In this document: positions 31,131 to 42,807 of the stretch, one piece after another
Numbering within the stretch: the first letter of the stretch is position 1
Layout: each line of letters begins with the position of its first letter
From: Thermoanaerobaculia bacterium
GTDB lineage: Bacteria; Acidobacteriota; Thermoanaerobaculia; Multivoradales; DATKCC01
DNA length: 64,000 nucleotides
Direction: 5' to 3'
NCBI GenBank assembly: GCA_033762835.1
Contig: JANRLG010000189.1
Location: forward strand, 12,185-76,184
The notes under the pieces: model-generated
What the model saw: the letters and a program-made list of their open reading frames with translations, nothing else
What the model was told of the DNA's origin: nothing
Database searches by the model: none
Translations under genes and position numbers: made by a program

Positions 31131-32522
31131 TCACTCCCCGTTCGCCCGGATCGGGAACAACTCCGCCTGGCGCTGATCCCCGGGGGCGATGGGCACTGGG
31201 TAGTTGCCCGTCCAGCACGCCGTGCAGTAGCTGTCCTTGGCGCCGGTGACGCTGCCGAGCAGGCCGTCGAGGGTGAGGTAGGCCACACTGTCGGCGCCAA
31301 GGAACTGGCGGATTTCTTCGAGGTCGTGGTTGGCGGCGATGAGCTCGCCGCGGGTGGGCATGTCGATGCCGTAGTGACAGGGGTAGCGCGTGGGGGGGCA
31401 GGAGATGCGCAGGTGGACCTCGGAGGCGCCGCCATCGCGCACCATCTTGACGATCTTGGGCGAGGTCGTGCCGCGCACGATGGAGTCGTCCACCAGGACG
31501 ACCCGCTTGCCGGTGATCAACTCGCGCACGGGGTTCAGCTTGACCTTGACGCCGAAGTGGCGGATCGACTGCTTGGGCTCGATGAAGGTGCGACCGACGT
31601 AGTGGTTGCGGATCAGGCCGAACTCGAAGGGTAGGCCGGACTCGCGGCTGTAGCCGAGAGCCGCGAAAAGGCCACTGTCCGGCACCGGGACCACCAGGTC
31701 GGCGTCCGCCGGGGCCTCGCGGGCAAGGGCGGCGCCCATCTTGAGGCGTGCTTGGGAGACGGCGTCGCCGAACAACCGGCTGTCCGGACGGGCAAAGTAG
31801 ACCTGCTCGAAGATGCAGCGGCGCGGCTGCGGGGCCGGCGGCAGGTGGAAACTCGTGAGCTGGCCACCGCGGGCGACCACGACCTCCCCGGGATCGAGAT
31901 CCCGCACGTGTTCGACCCCCAGCAAATCGAAGGCGCAAGTCTCCGAGGCGAAACACCAGGCGCCATCGAGTTTGCCGAGCGACAGCGGGCGGAATCCGAA
32001 GGGATCGCGGGCGGCGATCAGAGCATCCTGGGTGACGAAGAGCAACGAGTAGGCCCCTTCGACCCGCGGCAGAATCTCGAGCAGGGACTCGACGGCGTCC
32101 CGGCTCGGCGAATGCGCCATCAGGTGCAGGATGACCTCGGTGTCGCTGGTGGTCTGGAATATGGCGCCGTCCGCCTCGAGGTCCGTCCGGAGCTCGACGG
32201 CGTTGGTCAGATTGCCGTTGTGGATCAAGCCCAAGGGGCCGAGGGCGGTTTTGACGACGATCGGCTGGGCGTTGGCGATCACCGACGACCCGGCCGTCGA
32301 GTACCGCGTGTGGCCCACCGCCCGGGCGCCGGGCAACTCCGCCAGCACCTGGGCGCTAAACAAGTCCGCCACGTGGCCCATGCCCCGCGACACATGCATG
32401 CGCGCGCCGTCCCACGACACGATGCCCGCGCTTTCCTGCCCGCGGTGCTGGAGCGCGTACAGCCCCAGGTAGGTCAAGTTCGCCGCGTCGGCGTTGCCTT
32501 CGATGCCGAAGATTCCGCACAT
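31131..32522 (-). CDS. purF: Amidophosphoribosyltransferase
   Basis: MCGIFG, LQHRGQE, GHTRYST, VDDSIVRGTTS. Confidence 0.97.
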   Translation of the reverse strand: MCGIFGIEGNADAANLTYLGLYALQHRGQESAGIVSWDGARMHVSRGMGHVADLFSAQVLAELPGARAVGHTRYSTAGSSVIANAQPIVVKTALGPLGLIHNGNLTNAVELRTDLEADGAIFQTTSDTEVILHLMAHSPSRDAVESLLEILPRVEGAYSLLFVTQDALIAARDPFGFRPLSLGKLDGAWCFASETCAFDLLGVEHVRDLDPGEVVVARGGQLTSFHLPPAPQPRRCIFEQVYFARPDSRLFGDAVSQARLKMGAALAREAPADADLVVPVPDSGLFAALGYSRESGLPFEFGLIRNHYVGRTFIEPKQSIRHFGVKVKLNPVRELITGKRVVLVDDSIVRGTTSPKIVKMVRDGGASEVHLRISCPPTRYPCHYGIDMPTRGELIAANHDLEEIRQFLGADSVAYLTLDGLLGSVTGAKDSYCTACWTGNYPVPIAPGDQRQAELFPIRANGE

Positions 32523-32525
32523 GGT

Positions 32526-34714
<2,189 letters not shown>

Positions 34715-34718
<4 letters not shown>

Positions 34719-35419
34719 GACACTACCACCTCGGCCGTGGCCGCCACCAGACCGGCGAAGAGAGCGAGGCCGTCCGTGCCGCCGAGGATCTCCTCCGAGG
34801 CCCGTTCCGGATGGGGCATCATGCCAAGCACGTTACCGCGGAGATTGGTGATGCCCGCGATCGCTCGCGCGGCGCCGTTCGGATTGCCCTCGGCCGTCAG
34901 CGCTCCGCTCGCGTTGACATAGCGGAAGACGATGCCACCGGCGCGCTCGAGCTCTTCGAGCCGCTCGGGGGTGTCCTCGTAATTACCTTCGCCGTGAGCG
35001 ATGGGCAGGCGAATCACCTGGCCCACCCGGTAGCCGCGGGTGAAGGCGAGGTCGTTACGCTCGACGCGCAGAAACACGTCCTGGCCGAGGAACCGCAGCG
35101 TCTCGTTGCGCCGCATGGCACCCGGGAGCAGCCCGGCCTCGAGCAGGATCTGGAAGCCGTTGCAGATGCCCAGCACGTAGCCGCCCGCCTCGGCGTGGCG
35201 TTTGACTGCCGCCATCACCGGCGACAGGGCCGCCATCGCCCCGGCCCGCAGATAGTCGCCGTAGGAAAAGCCGCCGGGCAGGACGACCAAGTCCGAACCC
35301 GCCACCGTCTCCTCCTCGTGCCAGAGGAAAGTGGTCTCTTGGCCCACCACGTGTTTCAGCACGTGGTAGACGTCGTGGTCGCAGTTCGACCCCGGGAAGA
35401 CGACGACGCCGCACTTCAT
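34715..35419 (-). CDS. purQ: FGAM synthase glutaminase subunit PurQ
   Basis: [32 protein letters not shown]. Confidence 0.97.
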
Positions 35420-35670
35420 GATCCGGCGCCCTCGACCAGTTCGTAAGTGAAGTCCTCCACCACGGTGTTGGCGAGGAGCTTCCGGCACATGGCCTCGAGC
35501 TGCTCGCGCGCCCGGGCCGGGTCGGTCTCCCCGAGCTCGATTTCGAACACCTTGCCCGCGCGCACCCTGGTCACGGCGGTGAAGCCCACCCGCGCCAAGG
35601 CGCCCGCGATCGCCTTACCCTGAGGATCGAGAATTTCGCGGCGGGGAAACACGGTCACGATCGCTTTCAC
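35416..35670 (-). CDS. purS: FGAM synthase subunit PurS
   Basis: [27 protein letters not shown]. Confidence 0.95.
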   Translation of the reverse strand: MKAIVTVFPRREILDPQGKAIAGALARVGFTAVTRVRAGKVFEIELGETDPARAREQLEAMCRKLLANTVVEDFTYELVEGAGS

Positions 35671-35671
35671 G

Positions 35672-36451
35672 TCAAGCTACCTCCAGCCAAGGCGTCGGAC
35701 GGTCCTGGAAGCTCACCTCGGCACATGCGGCGGAGCCGGTCTCCGCGAGGGTCTCCTGGACGACATCGAGCGCCAAAGCCGGGTCGTTGTTGGTTTGGGA
35801 GAGGTGGTAGAGCACCACCCATTGCAGTCGGTCGGAGCAAAGTTCGGGTAGACCCTCGGCCGCCTCGCGGTTCGACAGGTGGCCGTGGCGGCCCGCGATG
35901 CGCTGCTTGAGCGGCCACGGATAGGGACCACTCCGGAGCATTTCGAGGTCGTGGTTGGTTTCGAGGACGACGAGATCGAGCTCGCCCATGCGCCCCCAGG
36001 CCAGGCGGCTGCGGTAGCCGAGATCCGCCGCGAGGCCGAAGCGGCGGCCGGCGCCATCGGTCAGCACCACGCCCACGGGCTCGAAGGCGTCGTGGGGAAT
36101 GGCGAAGGGCTCGAGTTCGAAGCCGGCCACTTCGACCGGCACGCCGGACTGGATGCGTACCGCCCGCTGGCGCATCTCGGGTCGCAACGAGGTCGCCCCG
36201 AGGGTGCCCTGGGTGGCATAGATCGGCAGCTCGTGGCGGCGCGCGAAGCGATCGGCGCCGATCACGTGGTCCTGGTGTTCGTGGGTGAGAATGAGCGCTT
36301 CGAGAGATTTTGGCGCGATGCCGACGGCGTGCATCCGCTTTTCGAGCTCGCGGCAGGAGAAACCGGCGTCGATGAGCACCCGGCGGCCCGCGGTGGATTC
36401 CACCACGACGGCGTTGCCGCGGCTGCCCGAGCCCAGAACGACGACTTTCAT
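35672..36451 (-). CDS. MBL-fold metallo-hydrolase (YycJ/WalJ-like)
   Basis: LGSGSRGN, THEHQDH, PHDA, ETNHD, GPYPW.LK.RI, GHLSN, HLSQTNN. Confidence 0.9.
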   Translation of the reverse strand: MKVVVLGSGSRGNAVVVESTAGRRVLIDAGFSCRELEKRMHAVGIAPKSLEALILTHEHQDHVIGADRFARRHELPIYATQGTLGATSLRPEMRQRAVRIQSGVPVEVAGFELEPFAIPHDAFEPVGVVLTDGAGRRFGLAADLGYRSRLAWGRMGELDLVVLETNHDLEMLRSGPYPWPLKQRIAGRHGHLSNREAAEGLPELCSDRLQWVVLYHLSQTNNDPALALDVVQETLAETGSAACAEVSFQDRPTPWLEVA

Positions 36452-36453
36452 CG

Positions 36454-37215
36454 TCAGAACTCGTAGATCCGACCCTGCTCGAGGAAGTCGACGTTGGGTC
36501 GCCCCAGGGCTTCGACTTCCTGGCGGACCTTGGCGAGGCAGGGCGGCTTCAAGTGATGCACGTAGACGGGAACGGACTGGTTGAACTTGCGCAGCTCCCG
36601 GTCGAGACTCTGGGGCGTCAGGTGCTGGGAAAGGTCGGCGACGTCCTGGAGGGCGTTGTCGAAGCTCGTCTCGATGGCCAGGGCGCGCAGATTGCGGGTG
36701 GCGTTGGCCACTTCCCACAGCCGCTGCGTCGGACCGGTGTCGGAGGACCACAGGACCGCGGCGTTGCCCTGCTCGAGCAAGTAACCGAAGGTTGGCACCG
36801 GGTGGCTGACCGGGATGGGCGTGAAGGTGACGCCGTCGATCGTGATCGGCCGTTCGGGTTCGAGCTCGTGGAAACGCATGGCGGGCAGCAGTTGGTTCGG
36901 CAAGCGCGAGAAGTCCGGCCAGGTGGCGTTGTTGAACAGGTACTTGCGGATCGAGTAGATCGTGGCGGCCGAGGCGTAGATGTCGATCGGCGCCGTCTGG
37001 CGCCCGAAGACGTTTTCGATGAAGAACGGCAGGCCGCTCGTGTGGTCCATGTGGGAGTGGGTCAGGACGATCGACCGGACGGCCACTTGCCGCTCGATCG
37101 GGAGAGCCTGGGACAACGATCCCGCATCGAGCGCCACCGTGCCGTTGATCAACAGGCACGTCATTCGACACTCGAGGCTTTCTCCCCCGTAGCTCCCCAG
37201 GACCTCGATGCGCAT
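36454..37215 (-). CDS. MBL-fold class II 3',5'-cyclic nucleotide phosphodiesterase-like protein
   Basis: VLGSYGG, LDAGSL, THSHMDH, LFNNATWPDF, SSDTGPT, HLTP, HLKP. Confidence 0.8.
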   Translation of the reverse strand: MRIEVLGSYGGESLECRMTCLLINGTVALDAGSLSQALPIERQVAVRSIVLTHSHMDHTSGLPFFIENVFGRQTAPIDIYASAATIYSIRKYLFNNATWPDFSRLPNQLLPAMRFHELEPERPITIDGVTFTPIPVSHPVPTFGYLLEQGNAAVLWSSDTGPTQRLWEVANATRNLRALAIETSFDNALQDVADLSQHLTPQSLDRELRKFNQSVPVYVHHLKPPCLAKVRQEVEALGRPNVDFLEQGRIYEF

Positions 37216-37244
37216 CCGGGGCGGAAGTGTAACAGAGAGAGGGC

Positions 37245-38501
37245 CTATCGCTGATCTCGGTCGCTCAGACGGTCGACCAGCAGCCAGCCGTGGTGCTCGT
37301 CGAACGCCGCGCGCGCCACCAGCCGCTCGAAGGCGGCGACCACCTCGGGGGCGAATTGGCTGCCGGTGCAACGCCGGATCTCCGCCGCCGCCTTGGCCCG
37401 CGTCAAGGCTTGGCGGTAGGGGCGCGAGGAGGTCATGGCGTCGAAGGTGTCGGCCACCGCGATGATGCGCGCGAACAGCGGCACCGCGTCGCCCGCGAGG
37501 CCATCGGGGTAACCCCTGCCGTCGATGCGCTCGTGGTGGTGACGCACTCCCGGCACGAGGTCTCGGAAGCCGCTGATGCCGTCGACCAGCTCGGCGCCGT
37601 CGGTGGCGTGGCGGGCCATGACGGAGCGTTCCTGGTCGTCCAAAGGCGAGGGTTTGCGCAGGATGTCGTCGGGCACGGAGATCTTGCCGACGTCGTGAAG
37701 CGTGGCCGAGAGCCGCAGACGCTCGAGCTCCGCGTTTTCGAGCCCGAGCTCGCGGCCGAGCAGGACCGAATACGCCACGACACGCCGAATGTGGCCACCC
37801 GTGTATGGGTCCCGCTTGTCGATCGCCTCGGCCAGCGTGGTCGCGAGCTCGACCACCTGGCGCTCCTGGAACTCGTAGAGCCGGGCGTTTTCGACCGCGT
37901 GGGCGACCAATCGGCCGAAGGTCTGCATGTGGCCGAGGTCGCGGTCATCGAAGTCGCGCTTGCCGATCGGGTTGAGCAACTGGAGGACCCCGACCACCCG
38001 CCCCTCGACGGCGAGGGGCACGGCGAGAATGGCGCGGGTCTTGAAGCCCTGGGTCCGGTCCCCTTGCCAACGGGGATCGTTCTCGACGTCGTTGACCACC
38101 TCGGCGATGCCCGAGGCGGCCACGCTGCCCACGATGCCATCGCCGAGAGCGACCCGCAGCCCGCGCAACGCGTCGGCAGCGACTCCCCGCACCACCCGGA
38201 ACGACAGCTCACGGCTCTCCGGGTCGAGCTCCCAGATCGAGCTCGTTTCCGCTCAGCACAACACTTCCGCCTTGCGTAACGCGACGTCGAGCACTTCCGG
38301 CAGGCGGCGATTGCCGGACAACTCGTGGAGGACGTCGAACAGCGCGTCCACCTCGAGCAACCAGCCCTCGAGATCCCCACGCCGCCGCCCACCGACCCGC
38401 CGACCCTTGGTCGTGACGGCAGTGGTGAGCGGTTTGACCTCCGCGGCCCGGGGACGCGGCAGGTCCTCGGCGCGGGACGAGATACGCGGGCTTCGCTGCA
38501 A
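37245..38501 (-). pseudogene. GAF + HD-GYP phosphodiesterase with in-frame TGA at 38253-38255 (start uncertain)
   Basis: HDVGK, HHERIDGRGYP, IIAVADTFDAMT intact; GAF reads AEVLC*AETSSIWELD in one frame. Confidence 0.75.
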
Positions 38502-38531
38502 GACTCGAGGGCTCCCTGGTGATGACCGTTC

Positions 38532-41450
38532 CTAGAACCGAGTGCCGATCCAGAACGAGGTGCGGTATCCGGTCAGGGTGTCCTTCAGGTCCCAGATCTT
38601 GGCCAAGTCCCAGTTGAGATCGACCCCGAGCATGCGGGCCGTGACCCCAAAGCCGTAGGACGAGAAGCCGTTGACCAGACGCCGTTCGTCGCTGTCCCAG
38701 AACTCGTAGTCTGGGCCGTCCGCGAAGTAGGCGCCGCCGATGTCGATGAACACCACCGCGCGCACGCCCTGGATCACCATGAACGGCAAGATGATGGCGT
38801 CGATGATCGGGAAGCGCAGCTCGGCGTTGGCGTAGAAGGCGCGGTCGCCCACGATCTCGCGGAACTCGAACCCCCGCAGGGTGTCGAGGCCACCGAAGAA
38901 GAAGGGCTGCGGGAAGTTCCCTTCGGACACCGCGCCGAACACCCGGAAGGCGAAGTTGCTGCGCTCGCCCAAGGGAATGTACTGGCGGGCGTCCAGGGAC
39001 GCCGTCTGGGTCAGGGTGCCGCTGTCGTCGAGATCGGGGGCGTAGTTGGCGGCCAAACGCCAACGGCGTCCGGCCTTGGGCCCATATTGACCGAAGATCG
39101 TCGTGTCCCCCACGAGCCCGATGCCGACCACCGGGTAGTCGTCCTTCCGGGGCGTCACGATGGGCACCACTTCGCCGGTGTTCGGATCGTTCACGAACGA
39201 CTGGAAGTCGATGTCACGGAAGATGTACCCGAGCTCGGCTTCGAACCGGTGGCTGAAGGAAAACGGGTACTGGATCCCGCTGCGGACGCCGGTTTCCCGA
39301 TAGGCCGCCTGGCCGCGACGCACGCCGCCGGTGACGAAGTCCCGGGCGAGGAAGTAGGAGCGATCGTCGAACACGTTCACCGTCCACTGGGTCCGGTGCT
39401 TGCGGTTCAGGTAGAGGAAGTCGAAGTTCGAGAAGCTGTCGACCGAGGCGACGGTCACGAACAGCCGCTGATCGCCCAAGTAGTCGGTGAACTGGAGCTG
39501 GATCTGCCCGAGCAGCGTCTGATTGTTGTCGACGCCGACGAGCGTCTGGGCGTCTTCGAGGAACATCTTGAAGCGTCGGTAGTCCTCGGTGTTGGCCGGA
39601 TCGATCGTGACTTCGATGTCGGGCTGGAAGGCCGGTAGCTCCCCGGCGGTGGTGCCGGCGCTCGCCAGGGTCACCTTGCGTACCGGGCCGACGGGCTCCT
39701 CCAACTCGGCCAGGTAGAGGTCGAAGTCGAACTTCCAATAGCCGGTGTAGACCAAGCGCTCGGTGCCGTCGGACTCGTGGAGCAGCGTCGGCATGAACGC
39801 CCCGGTGACGACGTTGGTGTGCTGGGCGAGCTCCCCCTTGGCGAGGTCGAGGGAGTAGATGTTCTGGGCGCTGGTTTCGTCCGAGGTGAAGTAGATCCGC
39901 TGACCGTCCGGCGAGTAGGTCGCGTCGTAGCAGTTCCAGTCCCCCTCGACCAGCGGCACCCGCACCCCGGGATTGGCGAAGTCGATGCGGAACAGCTTCT
40001 TGTACTCACCGACGACCGACGAGACGACGATCGACTGGCCGTCCGGCGAGGCCGCGGGGGAACCGTCGAAAAGCGCATCGTTGGTGATCGCGGTCAGCTC
40101 CTCGGTCTCGAGGTCGAGACGGAAGATGTCGAACTGCCCACCCTTCCAGCCCGAGAACAGGACACCGCGGCCATCGGCCGTGAACACCGGGGAAAGCTGC
40201 TGCTCGACCCCCATGTCGTCCATGTCGATGATCCGGCGCCGACCCTCCTCGAGCACGTCGATCAGCAGCAGGCTGCGGCCCCGCTCGCGCTTGACGAACA
40301 CCGCGAGGGTGTTGCCGTCCGGGGAGAACGCCAGGTCTTTGCCCATCACCCGGCCGGTGACGAGGCCCTGGGCGATCAAGTACTGGTAGTCCCGGTCGAG
40401 TCCGCGGGTCAGGTTGCGCAGGAACTTGCGCGTCTTGGTCTCGTACAGGGCGATGTCGATCTCGCCCTTGTAGGTGGCGAAGGCCGCGACCAGGTCGCCC
40501 GAGGGCGAGGCCACGGGCGAGGTGGCTTGGTTGTTCGGCTCGTTGTCGATGCGGAAGGGCCGGCCGAAGTCCGAGGGCTCCCCGGTTTCGAGCAGCTCGG
40601 GCAGGTACTTCTTGCGTAACCAGCGCCGGAAGTCGCGGTCGAAGTCCTCGCCCTCGATGCGAAACGCCCGCTGGACCGCGCGGTCGATGCGTCCGCCCAA
40701 GGTGTTGCGGAACTCGTAGATGAAGTCGAGCAACCCTTCCTGGCCCCAACGTTCCTCGATGAAGTCGAAGACGGCGTGGCCGAAGCGGTAGGCGAAGTAA
40801 CCCTGGACGTTGGCCTGGGTGATCGGCGGGATTTGGTCGTTGACGACGGCGTCCCGCAGGTACATGCGGTCGTTGGCCTCCTCGTCGTCGGCCATGTAGC
40901 TCGCCATGCCCTCCATGAACCACAGGGGCGGGCGGCTGGTGGCGGCCCGCGACAGGCTACCCTGGAACAGCACGTGGTACTGGAAGATATGGGTCAGCTC
41001 GTGCATCACCAGCGCGAACAGCTGCGGATCCGGCAAGTCCACCGGCAGGACCATGCGGAAGCGCGCGGGGGTCGCGAAAGCGCCGACGCCCTCGGGGATG
41101 AAGTTGAGCAGGATGTTGTTCTGCTCGAACGCCGAGTGGGTGGCGTAGAAGATGAGCGGCGTGGGCTCCTGGATCTGGAAGTCGAAACGCCGCGACAACC
41201 GGTCGTAGGCGCTTTCCGCCATCGACACGATCTTCTGGAGGCTGGCCTCCTCGTCGGTGTAGTAGTGCACGTCGAAGTGCGGCGAGTGGTAGATCTTCCA
41301 GTCGAAGTCGCGGTACGTGATCTTGTTGCGGCCGAAATACTGGGCCTCGGCGCTGGCGGCAAACCCGAGGGCGAGAAGAAAGAGGCCGACGAGCCTCACG
41401 GTTCGAAGCGACATGGAGCGGGCCAAAGCAACCTCCTCGGTTTCCCTCAC
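38532..41450 (-). CDS. Outer-membrane fusion protein: gluzincin-like peptidase + TolB-like propeller + Omp85/BamA-type barrel
   Basis: AQYFGRNK, HELTH..WFMEGMA, SPDG repeats, GGLDTLRGF, terminal Phe. Confidence 0.85.
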   Translation of the reverse strand: MRETEEVALARSMSLRTVRLVGLFLLALGFAASAEAQYFGRNKITYRDFDWKIYHSPHFDVHYYTDEEASLQKIVSMAESAYDRLSRRFDFQIQEPTPLIFYATHSAFEQNNILLNFIPEGVGAFATPARFRMVLPVDLPDPQLFALVMHELTHIFQYHVLFQGSLSRAATSRPPLWFMEGMASYMADDEEANDRMYLRDAVVNDQIPPITQANVQGYFAYRFGHAVFDFIEERWGQEGLLDFIYEFRNTLGGRIDRAVQRAFRIEGEDFDRDFRRWLRKKYLPELLETGEPSDFGRPFRIDNEPNNQATSPVASPSGDLVAAFATYKGEIDIALYETKTRKFLRNLTRGLDRDYQYLIAQGLVTGRVMGKDLAFSPDGNTLAVFVKRERGRSLLLIDVLEEGRRRIIDMDDMGVEQQLSPVFTADGRGVLFSGWKGGQFDIFRLDLETEELTAITNDALFDGSPAASPDGQSIVVSSVVGEYKKLFRIDFANPGVRVPLVEGDWNCYDATYSPDGQRIYFTSDETSAQNIYSLDLAKGELAQHTNVVTGAFMPTLLHESDGTERLVYTGYWKFDFDLYLAELEEPVGPVRKVTLASAGTTAGELPAFQPDIEVTIDPANTEDYRRFKMFLEDAQTLVGVDNNQTLLGQIQLQFTDYLGDQRLFVTVASVDSFSNFDFLYLNRKHRTQWTVNVFDDRSYFLARDFVTGGVRRGQAAYRETGVRSGIQYPFSFSHRFEAELGYIFRDIDFQSFVNDPNTGEVVPIVTPRKDDYPVVGIGLVGDTTIFGQYGPKAGRRWRLAANYAPDLDDSGTLTQTASLDARQYIPLGERSNFAFRVFGAVSEGNFPQPFFFGGLDTLRGFEFREIVGDRAFYANAELRFPIIDAIILPFMVIQGVRAVVFIDIGGAYFADGPDYEFWDSDERRLVNGFSSYGFGVTARMLGVDLNWDLAKIWDLKDTLTGYRTSFWIGTRF

Positions 41451-42151
41451 CGGATGAACAAGACGCGGGTCGCCTCCACCTCTTTCTGGGTGAAGACGCC
41501 GACGATGCGGTCCTCGAGCGACAGCAGATTCTCGAACATGCCCTGGAAGGGGTCCGTGCTCTCGCTGGCAAAGCTCTGGAAGTCCTTGAAGTTGTCGCGA
41601 TGGAGCAGCTCGCCCGTGGCACCGTCGAAGACCAACATCAAGATGTCGTACTCGAAGCCGGTTTGCTCGACGAGCACCTGCCGGTAGTAGGTGCGGCCAT
41701 CGAAGGGCGAGGTGAACTCCTGCGTGCGGTACCCCGAGCGGTCCTGGACATCGAAGTCGAGGCTGCCCATGACGATCAGGTCCGCCTGCAGGCGCTCGCC
41801 GACGCCTTTCCAGAGGTCGCGGTCGGCACTCAATTGGTCGAGATCGAAGCTCGGATACTCGATGTTGCCGCCGCCCTCGACGATCTTCAAGTCGGTTTCA
41901 CGACGCAGGACCTTGGTGAGGTACCGCTCGAACTCTTTTTCGACATCGAGGCTGCGGCTCTTGGCGCTGTCCGACTCTTCCTGGGCGACGACCAAGAAGG
42001 GAGCGATGGCGATCGTCTCCTTGTCACGCAGGTCGAGGCGCGCCCGTTGGGGCAACTGGAGCTTGACGGGAATCTGGGCCAGGGCAGCGCTGGACGACAC
42101 CAGCACCCACAGGAGCAAGACCCAGCGGAACGGAGAGAAACGGAACATCAC
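41447..42151 (-). CDS. Exported hypothetical protein
   Basis: Signal peptide (..ALA|Q); GTGA coupling to the Omp85-like gene. Confidence 0.75.
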   Translation of the reverse strand: MMFRFSPFRWVLLLWVLVSSSAALAQIPVKLQLPQRARLDLRDKETIAIAPFLVVAQEESDSAKSRSLDVEKEFERYLTKVLRRETDLKIVEGGGNIEYPSFDLDQLSADRDLWKGVGERLQADLIVMGSLDFDVQDRSGYRTQEFTSPFDGRTYYRQVLVEQTGFEYDILMLVFDGATGELLHRDNFKDFQSFASESTDPFQGMFENLLSLEDRIVGVFTQKEVEATRVLFIR

Positions 42152-42197
42152 ACTACCTCCTCGCGGGCGGATCCGAGAACCTCGAGCCGTAGCGCAT

Positions 42198-42650
42198 TCA
42201 GCGCTCCGGCACGCCCTCGGGAGAGGACGGAGTTGCTGGTTCGGTGGGCGACGTTCCGGGCTCGACCGGCGGTTTGAAGCTCTGGTAGAACTCGGCGAAG
42301 CGCGCGTAGTTGCGCTTCAGGTCGGCATTCGCCGGATCGAGCCGGATCGCCCGCTGGTAGGCGGCGAGGGCGTCTTCGTATCGCCCCGCGGCCTCGAGGG
42401 CCACGGCCATGTTGTTGAGCACGCGTCCGTTGTTGGGGTCCAGGCGGTGGGCCTGTTCGAAGCGGAACAGCGCTTCCTTCCACAGGCCGCGGCGGGCCAT
42501 GTCGACGCCGAATTTCAGTTGTTCCTCGACCGTCGTGCGCCCCACTTCCGAGCGCGGGGTGCGGACCGCCGCGCCGGCACCGAAGGCGGTGCCGAGGATG
42601 AGAGCGAAGGCAGCAACGACGACGAAACCCGAAGACTTGTGACTCGTCAT
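42198..42650 (-). CDS. Exported TPR protein
   Basis: GLWKEALFRFEQA..LDPNN, NNMAVALE, AYQRAIRLDP. Confidence 0.85.
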   Translation of the reverse strand: MTSHKSSGFVVVAAFALILGTAFGAGAAVRTPRSEVGRTTVEEQLKFGVDMARRGLWKEALFRFEQAHRLDPNNGRVLNNMAVALEAAGRYEDALAAYQRAIRLDPANADLKRNYARFAEFYQSFKPPVEPGTSPTEPATPSSPEGVPER

Positions 42651-42807
42651 GAGCCTCCCAGATGGGTCGACCGTCCATCCCTCGAGCCAGAGGTGAAGTC
42701 GCGACCAGTATATATGGGTCGCGGCGATCCCGGTTCGGACGGAAATCGCCGCGGGGTGACAGATCGAACGACGCCGTCGTCGTCAAAGGGGTCGGAGGTT
42801 AGAAACG

